Source: an uncultured bacterium (lineage in GTDB: Bacteria > Actinomycetota > Acidimicrobiia > Spongiisociales > ZC4RG35). From it: a stretch of DNA of 64,000 nt. Below the pieces are notes generated by a model. It was given only the letters and a program-made list of their open reading frames with translations. It had not been told where the DNA came from and did no database searches. Location of the stretch: positions 107,908 to 171,907 of the forward strand of contig CAWGTX010000008.1 of the NCBI GenBank assembly GCA_963825585.1, in the 5' to 3' direction. Shown one piece after another: positions 19,426-29,415 of this stretch; within the stretch, counting starts at the first letter, position 1; the number at the start of each line of letters is the position of its first letter. The position numbers were made by a program, and so were the translations under genes.

Positions 19426-20322
19426 ATGGCGACCAGACCCATCGACGCCAATACCGCAACCACCGGTCACGTTCCTGCAGGAAGGTCCTACTCGCCGTTC
19501 ATGAAGGCTCTGAGGGCCGTGGGCCGGGGATTACCACTCACGCTGTTGGTGCTGTGGACCGTCGTACCCTTCCTGGTCACGATCTCGATCTCGCTCAAGA
19601 CCAAAGGTGAGACGTTCGCCAACTACGGGCTCATCCCCGAGAACCCCACGATCGAGGCGTATCAACTGATCATCGCCGACCCCGACTTTCGGGGGGCGTT
19701 CCTGAACTCCATCATCGTGGGGTTGGGCACGGCAGTGATCAGCATCCTGATCGCGTTCCCGGCCGCCTACGCATTCGCCCGGTTCAACTTCAAAGGCCGG
19801 CACTTCCTGCTCCTGTTCACGCTCCTGCCACGGCTGGTGCCGAGCATCGGGATCATGGTCCCCATCTACCGGCTGGCGGTCTCCTCCGGCCAGCTCGACA
19901 AGCGGTCCACCCTGATGATCGTGTACGCCGGAATGCTGTTGCCGCTTGCGGTCTGGCTCATGGTCGGGTTCTTCCAACAGATCCCCCGCGACATCGAAGA
20001 AGCCGCCAACGTCGACGGCGCCACGTTGATGGACCGGATGAGACACATCGTGGTGCCCCTGGCGGCGCCGGCACTCATCACCATCGCCGTGCTCGCCTTC
20101 CGCGAGGCGTGGAACGAGTTCACGCTGGTGCTGGTGCTGACCACCACTCCCGGCAAGCGCACGTTGCCCTTCGAGTTGTTCATGCTCCAAGCAGCCGAAG
20201 GCGTCCAGAACTTCCCCGGAGAGGCAGCGTTCGCCCTGCTCTCGGTCCTCCCGTTCATCCTCGTCTACACCAGGATCGAGCGCTACGTCGTCGCAGGACT
20301 GACGGCGGGAAGCTCCAAGTAG
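19426..20322 (+). CDS. carbohydrate ABC transporter permease (MalG-like)
   Basis: Inner ATG 19426 after GGAGG, within ORF 19387..20322. EAANVDGATLMDRMRHIVVPLAAP EAA-loop motif. Confidence 0.85.
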   Translation: MATRPIDANTATTGHVPAGRSYSPFMKALRAVGRGLPLTLLVLWTVVPFLVTISISLKTKGETFANYGLIPENPTIEAYQLIIADPDFRGAFLNSIIVGLGTAVISILIAFPAAYAFARFNFKGRHFLLLFTLLPRLVPSIGIMVPIYRLAVSSGQLDKRSTLMIVYAGMLLPLAVWLMVGFFQQIPRDIEEAANVDGATLMDRMRHIVVPLAAPALITIAVLAFREAWNEFTLVLVLTTTPGKRTLPFELFMLQAAEGVQNFPGEAAFALLSVLPFILVYTRIERYVVAGLTAGSSK

Positions 20323-20367
20323 AACCGGGCTCCATCGTGGGTGTACCCCTGGGCCCGCGCCCGGGGT

Positions 20368-20513
20368 ACAACGTAGAACGTAGAACGTACAACGTACTGC
20401 TGGCCTCGAGGGCTCTCAGGATCCTCGTCTCTACCGTCCGGCATTCGTCGGCCCCAGTAGTCCCAGCGGGATCGGGTTGCCGGACCTTGAACGTTCTACG
20501 TTCTACGTTCTAC
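20368..20513. repeat. heptamer-armed hairpin element (CGTAGAA type)
   Basis: Left arm acaacgtagaacgtagaacgtacaacgtac (20368-20397). Right arm gaacgttctacgttctacgttctac (20489-20513). The right arm supplies the last codons (VERRT) and the stop of the ADH gene. Confidence 0.8.
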
Positions 20514-21455
20514 CGGTGTGAGCACGACCTTCAACCGCCCCACCGCCGGCTTGGCAGCCAACTCGTACGCCTCCTGCATACGTTCCAAGGGGAGCACGTG
20601 GGTGACGTAGGACTTCATCATGCCCGGGTAGCGCTCGGTGTAGGTCATCGAGCGGAGCATCGCCTGGCGACGGACCTTCTGCGGGGTGCGACCGGCGTGG
20701 AGGATGACGTCCTTGTCCATCATGCGGCCGAAGTCGACGGGGTAGTAGCGATCGTCGGGATTTCCGAAGTACACCACCGTGCCGCCGGGGGCGACCACGT
20801 CGATGGCGTCCTGCATGGTTCCCACCTGGTGGCCGACGGCTTCGATCACCAGGTCGAACCGATCCAGGTTGGCGGACGACCATGCCCGTCCGATCACGGT
20901 CTCGGTCTCGTCGAAGCCGAACGCCGAAGCCACCGTGGTGCGGTCAACCAGGTCGATGCCCGTGATGTGGGCGACACCGCGGTCCTTGAGAGCGTGGCCA
21001 TAGAGCAACCCGATCGGGCCCATCCCGATGACGGCCGCCCGCAGCCCCGTCAGGTCGCCCAGCCGCGTCATGGCGTGCAGCACACACGCCAACGGCTGGA
21101 GGGGTGCCGCCTCGATATCATCCATGTCCGGGTGTGCCGGCGCCAGCGCCTCGGCTTCGGTCACTATGTACTCCGTGAGCCCCAGACTGCGACCGACCCA
21201 GCCCACCACCCGCTCGCCGACGGGTAGGTCGGAGCGGGTGGCGACCACGTCGCCGACGATCTCATGCAGCGACAACCCGAATGGGCCGGGACGGGCGACG
21301 GAGCCACCGTCGAAGCAGCGGGCGATGTCACTCCCGCAGATCCCCCCTGCTCGAAATCGGAGGACGACGCTCCCGTCGGGAACGTCGTCCATGCTCGGCT
21401 CCGGGATGTCGTGACGGGAGAACGTGAGCGGACCGTCCAGGCGGTAGGCCCACAT
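20496..21455 (-). CDS. Zn-dependent alcohol dehydrogenase (MDR family)
   Basis: ORF track, 319 aa. GGICGSD, GHEIVG-like LHEIVGDV and VIGMGPIGL Rossmann motif. Confidence 0.8.
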   Translation of the reverse strand: MWAYRLDGPLTFSRHDIPEPSMDDVPDGSVVLRFRAGGICGSDIARCFDGGSVARPGPFGLSLHEIVGDVVATRSDLPVGERVVGWVGRSLGLTEYIVTEAEALAPAHPDMDDIEAAPLQPLACVLHAMTRLGDLTGLRAAVIGMGPIGLLYGHALKDRGVAHITGIDLVDRTTVASAFGFDETETVIGRAWSSANLDRFDLVIEAVGHQVGTMQDAIDVVAPGGTVVYFGNPDDRYYPVDFGRMMDKDVILHAGRTPQKVRRQAMLRSMTYTERYPGMMKSYVTHVLPLERMQEAYELAAKPAVGRLKVVLTPVERRT

Positions 21456-21510
21456 CAGACGGGCGAACCGGCAGAAGAGGGGATTTGCCTGAGCGTGTGG
21501 TGGTCATCTG

Positions 21511-21691
21511 CAGAACGCAGAACGCTGAACGCCGAACGCCCGAACCCAGGAACAGAACGCAGGTCGACGAACGACGAAGGTCCACGCCGCGTCGTCATGT
21601 GACTCAGCTCAGAGTGTGCTCTCGCAAAACGTCTGATCATGACGACGCGTGTTTGGGCGTTCCGCCTTCTGCGTTCTGCGTTCTGCGTTCG
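21511..21691. repeat. nested long hairpin element (CGCAGAA-type arms plus an inner 11-bp stem)
   Basis: Outer arms 21511-21562 and 21655-21691. Inner stem gcgtcgtcatg / catgacgacgc (21589-21599 / 21638-21648). Confidence 0.75.
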
Positions 21692-21692
21692 A

Positions 21693-22913
21693 TCACAGCA
21701 TCAGCCTCTCTTCGTACTCCACCCGAGACAGCAGGTGCGGGTCGCCTTCGGTGATCAGGACCATGTCCTCGATCCGCACGCCGCCACCACCGCGAACGTT
21801 CGGGACCCACACCAGTGGCTCCACTGCGAACACCTGGTTCGGCTGGAACTCGTAGGTGGTGGCGCCGGGGAGGGTCTCACCGATGTAGGGAGGTTCGTTG
21901 GAGCCGATGCCGATGCCGTGGCCGATGAACAGGCTGAACATGTTCTCGGCGAGGCCGTAGTCGCCGATCTTGTTGATCATGGCGTCGGCGGCGTCCTTGT
22001 TGGTCTTGCCAGGACGCATCTGGGCGATGCCCGCCATCAGGCCTTCGTAGACCGCCGTGTAGATCGTCTTCTGCTGTTTGGAGGGCTTGCCGACGATGGT
22101 GGTGCGTCCGATGTCGGCGAAGTAGCCGTTCCACATGGCACCGATGTCGACGAAACACATGTCCTGGTTGCGGATGAGCTTGTCGGTGGCGAGGCGGTGG
22201 GGTGGCGACATGTGCTCACCCGAGGCGAAGAACGGGGTCATGACGTGTGCCATCTCGCCGCCCAGATAGAACAGGGTCTGCATGGCGTCACCGGCCACCT
22301 CGAGCTCGCGGCGGCCGGCCTTGGCGCCGTCGAGGGCACGCTGGGTGACCGAGTCGCCGATGGCGCACGCCTCCTCGATGACGGCGACTTCGATGTCGGT
22401 CTTGAGCCAGCGGGCGCTTTGCATGATGGTGTCGCCGTCGACCAGTTCCAGGTCGGGGAGGTGCGTCCTCATCGACTGCATGAAGGAGATGTTCGCCTGG
22501 TCCACACCGAGCTTGCCCGAGAGCAGACCGCGGGCCGAGAGGATCGGGGTGAGGATGTCCTTGACGAATCCGTCGACCAGTTCGCGCTGTTCCATGATGG
22601 GCACGGCGTGGGCTTCGCCGATCCAGCTCATCCCGAACTTGGCCTTGTCGATCTCTCCGCCCGATCCGAGCAGCACGGGGTCGCCGGTCGCCGTGAGGAA
22701 GGCGCCGTTGAGCGAGGTGGTCTTGCCCGCCAGGAGCTGGGCGCGCAACGAGGTGATGTAGCGGACGTTTTCGTCTTTCCACACCAGGATGGCGTCGGCC
22801 TCCGAAGCGGCGATCGCCGCCTGGGCCTTCGCCACGCGCTGGCGGCGGAGCTCGGCAAAGTCGTACCGGTCTTCCCAATCGACCGCGAACGGCCCCTTCG
22901 CATATCCGCTCAT
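21693..22913 (-). CDS. M24 family metallohydrolase (Xaa-Pro peptidase / creatinase / DddP-like)
   Basis: Inner ATG 22913 (GGAGAGAGA upstream) of ORF 21693..23033. Canonical ligand positions are visible: VDIGAMWNGYFADIGRT, GHGIG, FAVEP and VRIEDMV. Confidence 0.8.
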   Translation of the reverse strand: MSGYAKGPFAVDWEDRYDFAELRRQRVAKAQAAIAASEADAILVWKDENVRYITSLRAQLLAGKTTSLNGAFLTATGDPVLLGSGGEIDKAKFGMSWIGEAHAVPIMEQRELVDGFVKDILTPILSARGLLSGKLGVDQANISFMQSMRTHLPDLELVDGDTIMQSARWLKTDIEVAVIEEACAIGDSVTQRALDGAKAGRRELEVAGDAMQTLFYLGGEMAHVMTPFFASGEHMSPPHRLATDKLIRNQDMCFVDIGAMWNGYFADIGRTTIVGKPSKQQKTIYTAVYEGLMAGIAQMRPGKTNKDAADAMINKIGDYGLAENMFSLFIGHGIGIGSNEPPYIGETLPGATTYEFQPNQVFAVEPLVWVPNVRGGGGVRIEDMVLITEGDPHLLSRVEYEERLML

Positions 22914-23065
22914 GACTGCTCTCTCTCCGACGGTGTTGAGACACTGCGTTCTATATTCGGTATAATACAGACCGTACAGTCGGGCACCAAGCCGCCCGGC
23001 ATTCACAACCCGTGGGGCGCGCCGCCGTATCATCGCCCTTTCGGGCCACGAGCATTGGGGCGAAT

Positions 23066-23731
23066 GTGACGATCGAAGGGTTCCAACTGGACTCGAGTAG
23101 GACCAAACGGGTCACCGCTGTCGACCTGGTCCGAGACGTGCTTCGCAACGCCATCATCCGCGGCGACCTTCCTGGCGGATCGCGGCTCGTCCAAACCGAC
23201 ATCGCCGCCCAGCTCAACGTGAGTACGACGCCCGTCCGTGAGGCGATGCGTGACCTGGCCAGTGAAGGGCTCATCACCCTCGACAGCCACAAGATCGGCA
23301 TCGTGCGGGGGCCTGACTGGGCCGAGATGGTCGAGATCGTCGAGGTGCGGACCGCACTCGAACCGGTGGCGCTGGCGCACGTGATCGCCAACATCACCCC
23401 AGACGAGCTGGCCCAGGCCAGGGTCTACGCCGAGCAGATGGCGGCCGACAGTGACGTCGGGACGTGGGTCCAGACCAACACCCGCTTCCACACCATCTTC
23501 CATCGTGCCACCCGTACCCAGCGGCTCGCCACCATGCTGGTCACCCTCGAGGAGGCGAGCGGGGTGTTCGTCGCGCAGACCCAGACCTATCACCCCCAGA
23601 CCCGACGCCGCGCCATCGAGGATCACTTCGCCTTGCTCGAGGCCGTCGAAGCCAAGGACATCGACCAGGCGCTGGCAGTCCAGCGGCGCCATCTCCAGCT
23701 TCCGCTGGAGAGTCACGCCTTGGACGTGTGA
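23066..23731 (+). CDS. GntR family transcriptional regulator (FCD/FadR-like C-terminal domain)
   Basis: GTG 23066 within ORF 23012..23731. LRNAIIRGDLPGGSRLVQTDIAAQLNVSTTPVREAMRDLASEGLI winged-helix motif. Divergent from the M24 gene. Confidence 0.85.
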   Translation: MTIEGFQLDSSRTKRVTAVDLVRDVLRNAIIRGDLPGGSRLVQTDIAAQLNVSTTPVREAMRDLASEGLITLDSHKIGIVRGPDWAEMVEIVEVRTALEPVALAHVIANITPDELAQARVYAEQMAADSDVGTWVQTNTRFHTIFHRATRTQRLATMLVTLEEASGVFVAQTQTYHPQTRRRAIEDHFALLEAVEAKDIDQALAVQRRHLQLPLESHALDV

Positions 23732-24410
23732 CGCAGAAGGCCCAGAGGTACAACGTAGAACGTACAACGTAGAACGTACCGGAACCCGGCCCTCAGCCAC
23801 CGTTGACCCCTGAACCGTCGGCTCGTACACGTGGCAACAGTAAACCAAAGCACTTCACACCCTCGGCCAAGCACGACTCACCCAGTACCAGTACCGGCGG
23901 GGGGTCGAAGGGGGGTCGTCCCCCCCTGGGCATTAAACCGAACGCAGAACGCCAGAGGTACAACGTAGAACGTAAAGCGTAGAACGTACCGGAACCGTTC
24001 ACAGTTCACCGTCGGAACGTGGCAACGGGCCACGACCAACCTTCACACCCTCGGCCAAGCGCGAGTGCACTCCACCCCAGCAACGCAGAACGCCCAGAGG
24101 TACAACGTAGAACGTAAACCGTAGAACGTCCCAACCAGGTATCGACGCAGTTCACAGTTCACCGTCGGAACGTGGCAACGGGCCACGACCAACCTCCACA
24201 CCCGCAGTCACGAGTGCACTCCACAACCAGCACCGGGGGGGTCGTCCCTCGAGAACCGTTGACGCAGAACGTGGCGACCTGAATGCCGGTCGGGCACCTC
24301 CACACCCTCGGCCAGGCCCGCGATTCGTCGTGGGCATTACCGGCGGGGGGTCGAAGGGGGGTCGTCCCCCCTGGGAATAGTCGTCCCCCCTGGGCATGAC
24401 TGGGCATCAA
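23731..24410. repeat. 680-bp non-coding composite tandem array (about 3.5 units of 141-211 bp)
   Basis: Units start at 23731, 23942, 24083 and 24262, each opening with acgcagaa(c/g)g(c)ccagaggtacaacgtagaacgta. They share the internal blocks ccgtcggaacgtggcaacgggccacgaccaacc and accggcggggggtcgaaggggggtcgtcccccc. Confidence 0.8.
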
Positions 24411-24414
24411 CTCC

Positions 24415-25186
24415 TCACCACAGGTCGCTGAACTGCTCTTTCACCTTCACGAGTCCGGCCGTGACCAGCTTCACGTCGTTGGTGGGGCAGATGAGGGTGC
24501 AGCCCTTCTCGGCCACCAGGGTTGCGAACGCCGGGGTGGGGGTGACGGCGCCCCACGTCTTCCCGTTGGCTTTACAGGCAGCGGCGACCCGGTCGATGGC
24601 GGCGATCGAGTCTGGATGCATGAAGTCACCGGTGATGCCGAGCGCCTGGGTCAGGTCGGAGGGGCCCACGAACAGCAGGTCGATGCCGTCTATTGCGGCG
24701 ATGTCCTCGACCTGGGCGATGGCGCCGGCGGTTTCGATCTGAACGGCGACGAATGTCTCGCGGTTGGCCTTCTCGGCGAACTCGGCGAGCGGGATCGATC
24801 CGATAGGCGCCGTCGTAGCCGAGCGGGTTGAGGCCCCGATGACCACGGGGAGCGAACTTCGACCAGCGGACGAACTCCTCGGCGTGCTCGGCCGAGGTGA
24901 TCTGGGCAGCCATCACGCCGCCGGTGCCGCTCTCGAAGCACCGGGTGACGGTGGCGTAGTCGGTCGGTGGGACCCGGACGAACGTGTCGAGCCCGTGGGC
25001 CCGGCCGGCCATCACGGCCACCTCGACGTCGGCGGTGGTGAGACCGGAGTGTTCGGTGTCGATCCAGAACCCGTCGAAGTCGCCCGTCATCCCCAGGTAC
25101 TGGATGATGTTGGGATGGAACATGCGTCCCACGGCAAAGACGACCAGCTTCTCGCCGTTGGCGAGTCGGTTCTTCATGGACTCCAT
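24415..25186 (-). pseudogene. HpcH/HpaI family aldolase, one frameshift near 24802 (or a sequence error)
   Basis: ORFs 24626..25186 and 24415..24846 are the N- and C-terminal halves of one protein (...NPLGYDGAY | [23 protein letters not shown]...). An extra base sits in tat-c-gga. Confidence 0.7.
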
Positions 25187-25254
25187 GGCGCTCCTCGATC
25201 CCAGGGTCGGCTGATCAGATAGATTGCATCCTGCATGCTATCGACTGTGAATGT

Positions 25255-26269
25255 ATGGAGGTCGTCGTGGCAGTGATCGACACCCACGCCCACGTCTCAC
25301 CGGAACGGTTCAAACGTGCCGTCAAGACCGAGGGCACCTGGTACGGGTTGGGGCCGGCCGCCGGAGAGTTGCACCTGGGAGGCTTCGACCAGCCGCTCGA
25401 GGTGCGCCTGGCCGAGATGGACGCCTGGGGAGTGGACATGCAGGTGCTGACCCCCAACGTGGGGTTCTACCAGTACACCAACGACCTCGACGTGACGGTC
25501 AAGAATCGCCCGGGAGTGCAACGACGAGATCGCCGAGATGGTGGCAGAGCACCCCACCCGGTTCTCCGGGATGGGGACACTGCCGATGCAGGACGTGCCT
25601 TCGGCGATCGCGGAGCTGGAACGGATCATGGGCATGGGACTCAAGGGTGTGATGGTGAATGACCATGCCGCCGGCAGGACCTATGACGAGGCGGAGTTCC
25701 GCCCGTTCTTCGAAGCCGCCGAGGCGGCGGGTGCGGTGGTGTTCTTCCACCAGGGTGGTGGCACCTGCGCCGACGCCCGCATCAAGCGTTACAAGCTCGG
25801 TAACTCGGTGGGCAACCTTGCCGAGCGGGCGCTGGTGTTCGGGGCATTGGTGTTCGGGGGCGTCCTCGATCGTTACCCAGATCTCAAGCCGTTCCTGGCC
25901 CACGCAGGCGGGGCGACCACTTTCGCCATCGTCCGGATGGACAAGGCCGCCGGTGCCCTCGACCCCCGGGGCCCTGCCGGTGAGCTGGTCCCGCCCTTCG
26001 GTCCGCAGCCCGACGACCTCTACGCGTTGGGGACGCCCCCGTCCGACTACCTCACCCGGTTCTGGTACGACTGCTGCACCTACAGCGGCCCGATCCTGCG
26101 GTTCGTGATCGACACCGTGGGCATCGACCGGGTCGTGCTCGGCACCGACTATCCGGCACCGATGGTGCTGGCCGACGCCGTCAACTGGGTGATGGACCTG
26201 CCCGAACTGTCGAGGTTCGAGAAGGAAGCGATCCTGTCGACCAATCCGGCCACGCTGTTCGGGTTATGA
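25255..26269 (+). pseudogene. amidohydrolase_2 (ACMSD-like decarboxylase/hydrolase) family, one frameshift near 25505
   Basis: ORF 25255..25662 (VIDTHAHV...) continues in ORF 25538..26269 (IARECNDEIAEMVAEHP...). The real start is possibly GTG 25267 after GGAGG. Confidence 0.7.
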
Positions 26270-27268
26270 GCGGCGACCGGCTCGGCTGGGGCGTCATCGG
26301 GATCGGGAACATCCTCACCACCACCATCGCCCCGGCCATGGCGGCCGAGCCGACGTGTGATCTGGTGGCGGCGGTGAGTCGGCGAGCAGAGTCGGGCCGA
26401 CAGCTTCGCCCATCTCTTCGACGTCCGCCACGCCACCACCTCCTACGACGAGATGTTGGCGAGCCCCGAGGTGGAGGCGGTGTTCATCGCCACGCCCAAC
26501 GACCAGCATGCCGCCCAGGTGATCGCCGCTGCCCGCGCCGGGAAACACGTGTTGTGCGACAAACCGCTCGCCACCTCGACGTCGACGACGCCCGCGCGGC
26601 GGTGGCGGCGTGCGACGAGGCCGGGGTCAAGCTGGGTATCAACTTCCACAACCGGTTCCTCCCGTGGGTGGGAGAGTTGCGTCGAATGGTGGCGGCCGGT
26701 TCACTGGGTGACGTCGAAGTGATCAGCGCCGAGGTCGGGTCGGGGCCGCGTGCCTATACGAACTGGCGGGCGGACCCGGCCATGGCCGGACTCGGTTCGG
26801 TCTACAACGTCGGCGTTCACGTGCTCGACTTCATCGGGTGGGTGCTCGGTGCCGCTCCCATCGAGGTGATGGCGATGTTCGATCGGACCGACCTCGTCGA
26901 GATGCTGGCGATGGTTCTCCTCCGCTACGACGACGGCACGATGGTCCATCTCAACTGCAACGAACGTCTTGCCCGGCCGCACAACGACATCGTGATCCAC
27001 GGAACCGAGGGACGGGTGGTGGCACGCCAGCTCACCCGGGCGAGATCCGACGGGACCGTCGAGGTGGCGATCGGCGACACGGTGGTCGAGACCTTCCACG
27101 CCGCCCCGGAGGCACACCGGCTGTCGGTGGCGGAGTTCACCATCGCCGTGCTCGCCGGACAGCGAACCGGAACCGTCCGGTCGTGACGGGCTGGCCAGCA
27201 TGGTGCTGTGTGACGCCATCGCCCGTTCGGCCCGGGAACGGCGGCTGGTCGAGGTCGCGGCCCCGTGA
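26266..27268 (+). pseudogene. Gfo/Idh/MocA family oxidoreductase with three frame changes (near 26383, 26575 and 27160)
   Basis: The ORF 26266..27186 stays open, but codons from about 26383 to 26575 are out of frame. The genuine text SRADSFAHLFDVRHATTSYDEMLASPEVEAVFIATPNDQHAAQVIAAARAGKHVLCDKPLA is in the 26453 frame. The real C-terminus (...GRDGLASMVLCDAIARSARERRLVEVAAP) is in a third frame and ends at 27268. Confidence 0.7.
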
Positions 27269-28345
27269 CCGCCGTCGAACCGAACCTCGACCCGAGCGAC
27301 CTGGTGTCGATCGACCAGCTGATCGCCCGGGCCATCGCCAACACCGAGCCTGGTTTGTTCGGCTGGGCGGCTGCCGCCGCCGGCGAGGAGGTGACGATCG
27401 CCCGCAACGCCATCGCACTCAACCGACTGGCGCTGGTGTCGCGGGTGATGCGTGGCGTCGGATCGGTCGACACCTCGACCACCCTGCTCGGCGTGCTGCT
27501 GTCGGTCCCCGTGATCATGGCCCCGGTCGGTGCGTTGTCGCTCTACCACCCCGACGGCGCCATGGGTTCTGCTCGGGCAGCGGCCGAAGCAGGGACCACC
27601 GCCTTCTGCGGGATGCTGGTGTCCGAGCCGTGGGAGGATCTGGCCGCCACCGCCCCGGGCCGCAACTTCTTCCAGCTGTACGTGGGCGGGGACCGGGGCT
27701 GGCTTGGCGGCATCATCGAGCGTATCGAGTCGGCCGGATTCGCCGGACTGTGTGTCACGGTGGATACCCCGGTCATCGGCCGTCGTGACCGCAGCCTGGT
27801 CGACGGGTTCATCTGGAGCGCCGAACGGCACGAGAGCCCGTTCAACCTGGCTCGCCACGGCGGGGCCGACATGGTGAACCGCAAACGGTTCACGTGGGAC
27901 GAGTTCGAGTGGATCTGTACCCACACTCGCCTGCCCGTGATCGTCGAAGGGCGTGTTGAACCCGGCCGACGCCGCCCGTGCGGTCGAGGTGGGGGCGGCT
28001 GCGGTGTACGTGTCGAACCACGGTGGCCGGGTCATCGACCACAGCGTGAGCAGCATCGAGATGCTTCCCGAGGTGGTGGACGCGGTGGCGGGACGCGCCC
28101 AGGTGATCGTCGACAGCGGGTTCACCCGCGGCCCCGAGGTGATCAAGGCGCTCGCCCTGGGCGCCACCGCCGTGGGTCTGGGCCGCATGCAGTGTTGGGG
28201 TCTGGCGGTGGGCGGACGGGCGGGCGTCGCTCGCCTCCTGGCCATCCTCCGCCAGGAGATCGAGATCACCATGGCCAACCTGGGGGCGGCGAGCGTGGCC
28301 GAGCTGACGCCCGACTTCGTGCGATGGTCGTTTCCGACCCGCTGA
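27265..28345 (+). pseudogene. FMN-dependent alpha-hydroxy-acid dehydrogenase (LldD / glycolate oxidase family), one frameshift near 27946
   Basis: ORF 27265..28416 is good up to ...THTRLPVIV. It continues in ORF 27953..28345 (KGVLNPADAARAVEVGAAAVYVSNHGGR...). Confidence 0.7.
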
Positions 28346-28352
28346 GCGCGCC

Positions 28353-29291
28353 TCACAGCACGCGGATGGGGCTTCCGGCCCGCCACGCCTCGATGTCCTC
28401 GACCGCTTCGGGGTAGAAGATCTCGTAGGTCTGTTCGGTGACGTAGCCGATGTGGGGCGTGGGCAGGATCTTCGGGTGATGACGCAGCGGGTGATCGACT
28501 GCGAGTGGCTCGGGTTCGAACACGTCGAGGGCAGCCCCGGCGATGGCGCCCGCATCGAGTGCGGCCACCAACGCCTCGGTGTCGACGAGTGGCCCGCGGG
28601 AGGTGTTCACCAGGTAGCCGGTGGGTTTCATGATGAACAGGTCGGCGGCGCCGATCACGCCAACAGAGCGTGGACCCAGCTTGAGGTGGAGGGTCACGAA
28701 GTCCGAGCTGGTGAGCAGCTCCTGTTTGGTGACCTGGCGGACGCCGATCGTCTCGCACCGCTCGGCGGTGAGGTTCTGGCTCCAGGCGACCACATCCATA
28801 CCGAAGGCCAACCCATAGGCGGCCACCTGGGACCCGACCCGACCCAGCCCGACCACACCCAACACCGCGCCCTTCAGGTCGCGGCCCAGACCCAGCTGCC
28901 ACTCGCCGTTCCGCACACCGGTGATCTCACCCATGAGGTTGCGGGCCAGCATCTGGATGAGCGCGAACGACAGCTCCGCGGTGGCGTGGCCCGACGAGGC
29001 GGTCCCACACACCAGCACCCCCAGCTCCTTGGCGGCGTCCATGTCGATGGCCGAGTTTCGTGACCCGGTGGTGACCAACAGTCGCAGATTCGGGAGCGCC
29101 GACAACAGCGGTCGGTCGAACGGCGTGCGTTCGCGCATGGCAACGATCGCATCGAAGCCGGATAGGCGGTCGACCAATGATGCGTGGTCGTCGAGGTGAT
29201 CGGAGAAGAACACGACCTCGCCGCCGAGCCGTCCCCAGTCGGCCAGACCGGCAGCCACCTGCTGATAGTCGTCGAGCACAGCAACCCGCAT
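28353..29291 (-). CDS. D-isomer-specific 2-hydroxyacid dehydrogenase
   Basis: Inner ATG 29291 of ORF 28353..29552. GVVGLGRVG Rossmann motif, NTSRG, and HIGY near the C-terminus. Confidence 0.85.
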   Translation of the reverse strand: MRVAVLDDYQQVAAGLADWGRLGGEVVFFSDHLDDHASLVDRLSGFDAIVAMRERTPFDRPLLSALPNLRLLVTTGSRNSAIDMDAAKELGVLVCGTASSGHATAELSFALIQMLARNLMGEITGVRNGEWQLGLGRDLKGAVLGVVGLGRVGSQVAAYGLAFGMDVVAWSQNLTAERCETIGVRQVTKQELLTSSDFVTLHLKLGPRSVGVIGAADLFIMKPTGYLVNTSRGPLVDTEALVAALDAGAIAGAALDVFEPEPLAVDHPLRHHPKILPTPHIGYVTEQTYEIFYPEAVEDIEAWRAGSPIRVL

Positions 29292-29415
29292 GGCGCCATT
29301 CATGCAGGTATTGCCGCCCGGGGCAAGAACCGCCGGTTGCCCTCGCGGGCCACGAGCACGACCGGTAGTCTTGCAATCGATTGTCGCTACCCCTCGTAGG
29401 AAAGAGAACGACCCC

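Noticed and set aside
23731-24410. Possible CRISPR array, given the regularly recurring acgtagaacgta-containing repeats.
   Set aside because: The repeat units are 141-211 bp, degenerate and of unequal length. The spacers are themselves repeated blocks. No short identical direct repeats with unique spacers are present, and there are no cas genes in the window.
26701-28902. A 733-aa minus-strand ORF spanning three plus-strand genes.
   Set aside because: It is antisense to the Gfo/Idh/MocA and FMN-dehydrogenase genes, and it runs out of frame through part of the minus-strand 2-hydroxyacid dehydrogenase gene. The composition is low-complexity (RRPG-rich). It stays open only because stop codons are rare in GC-rich antisense frames.
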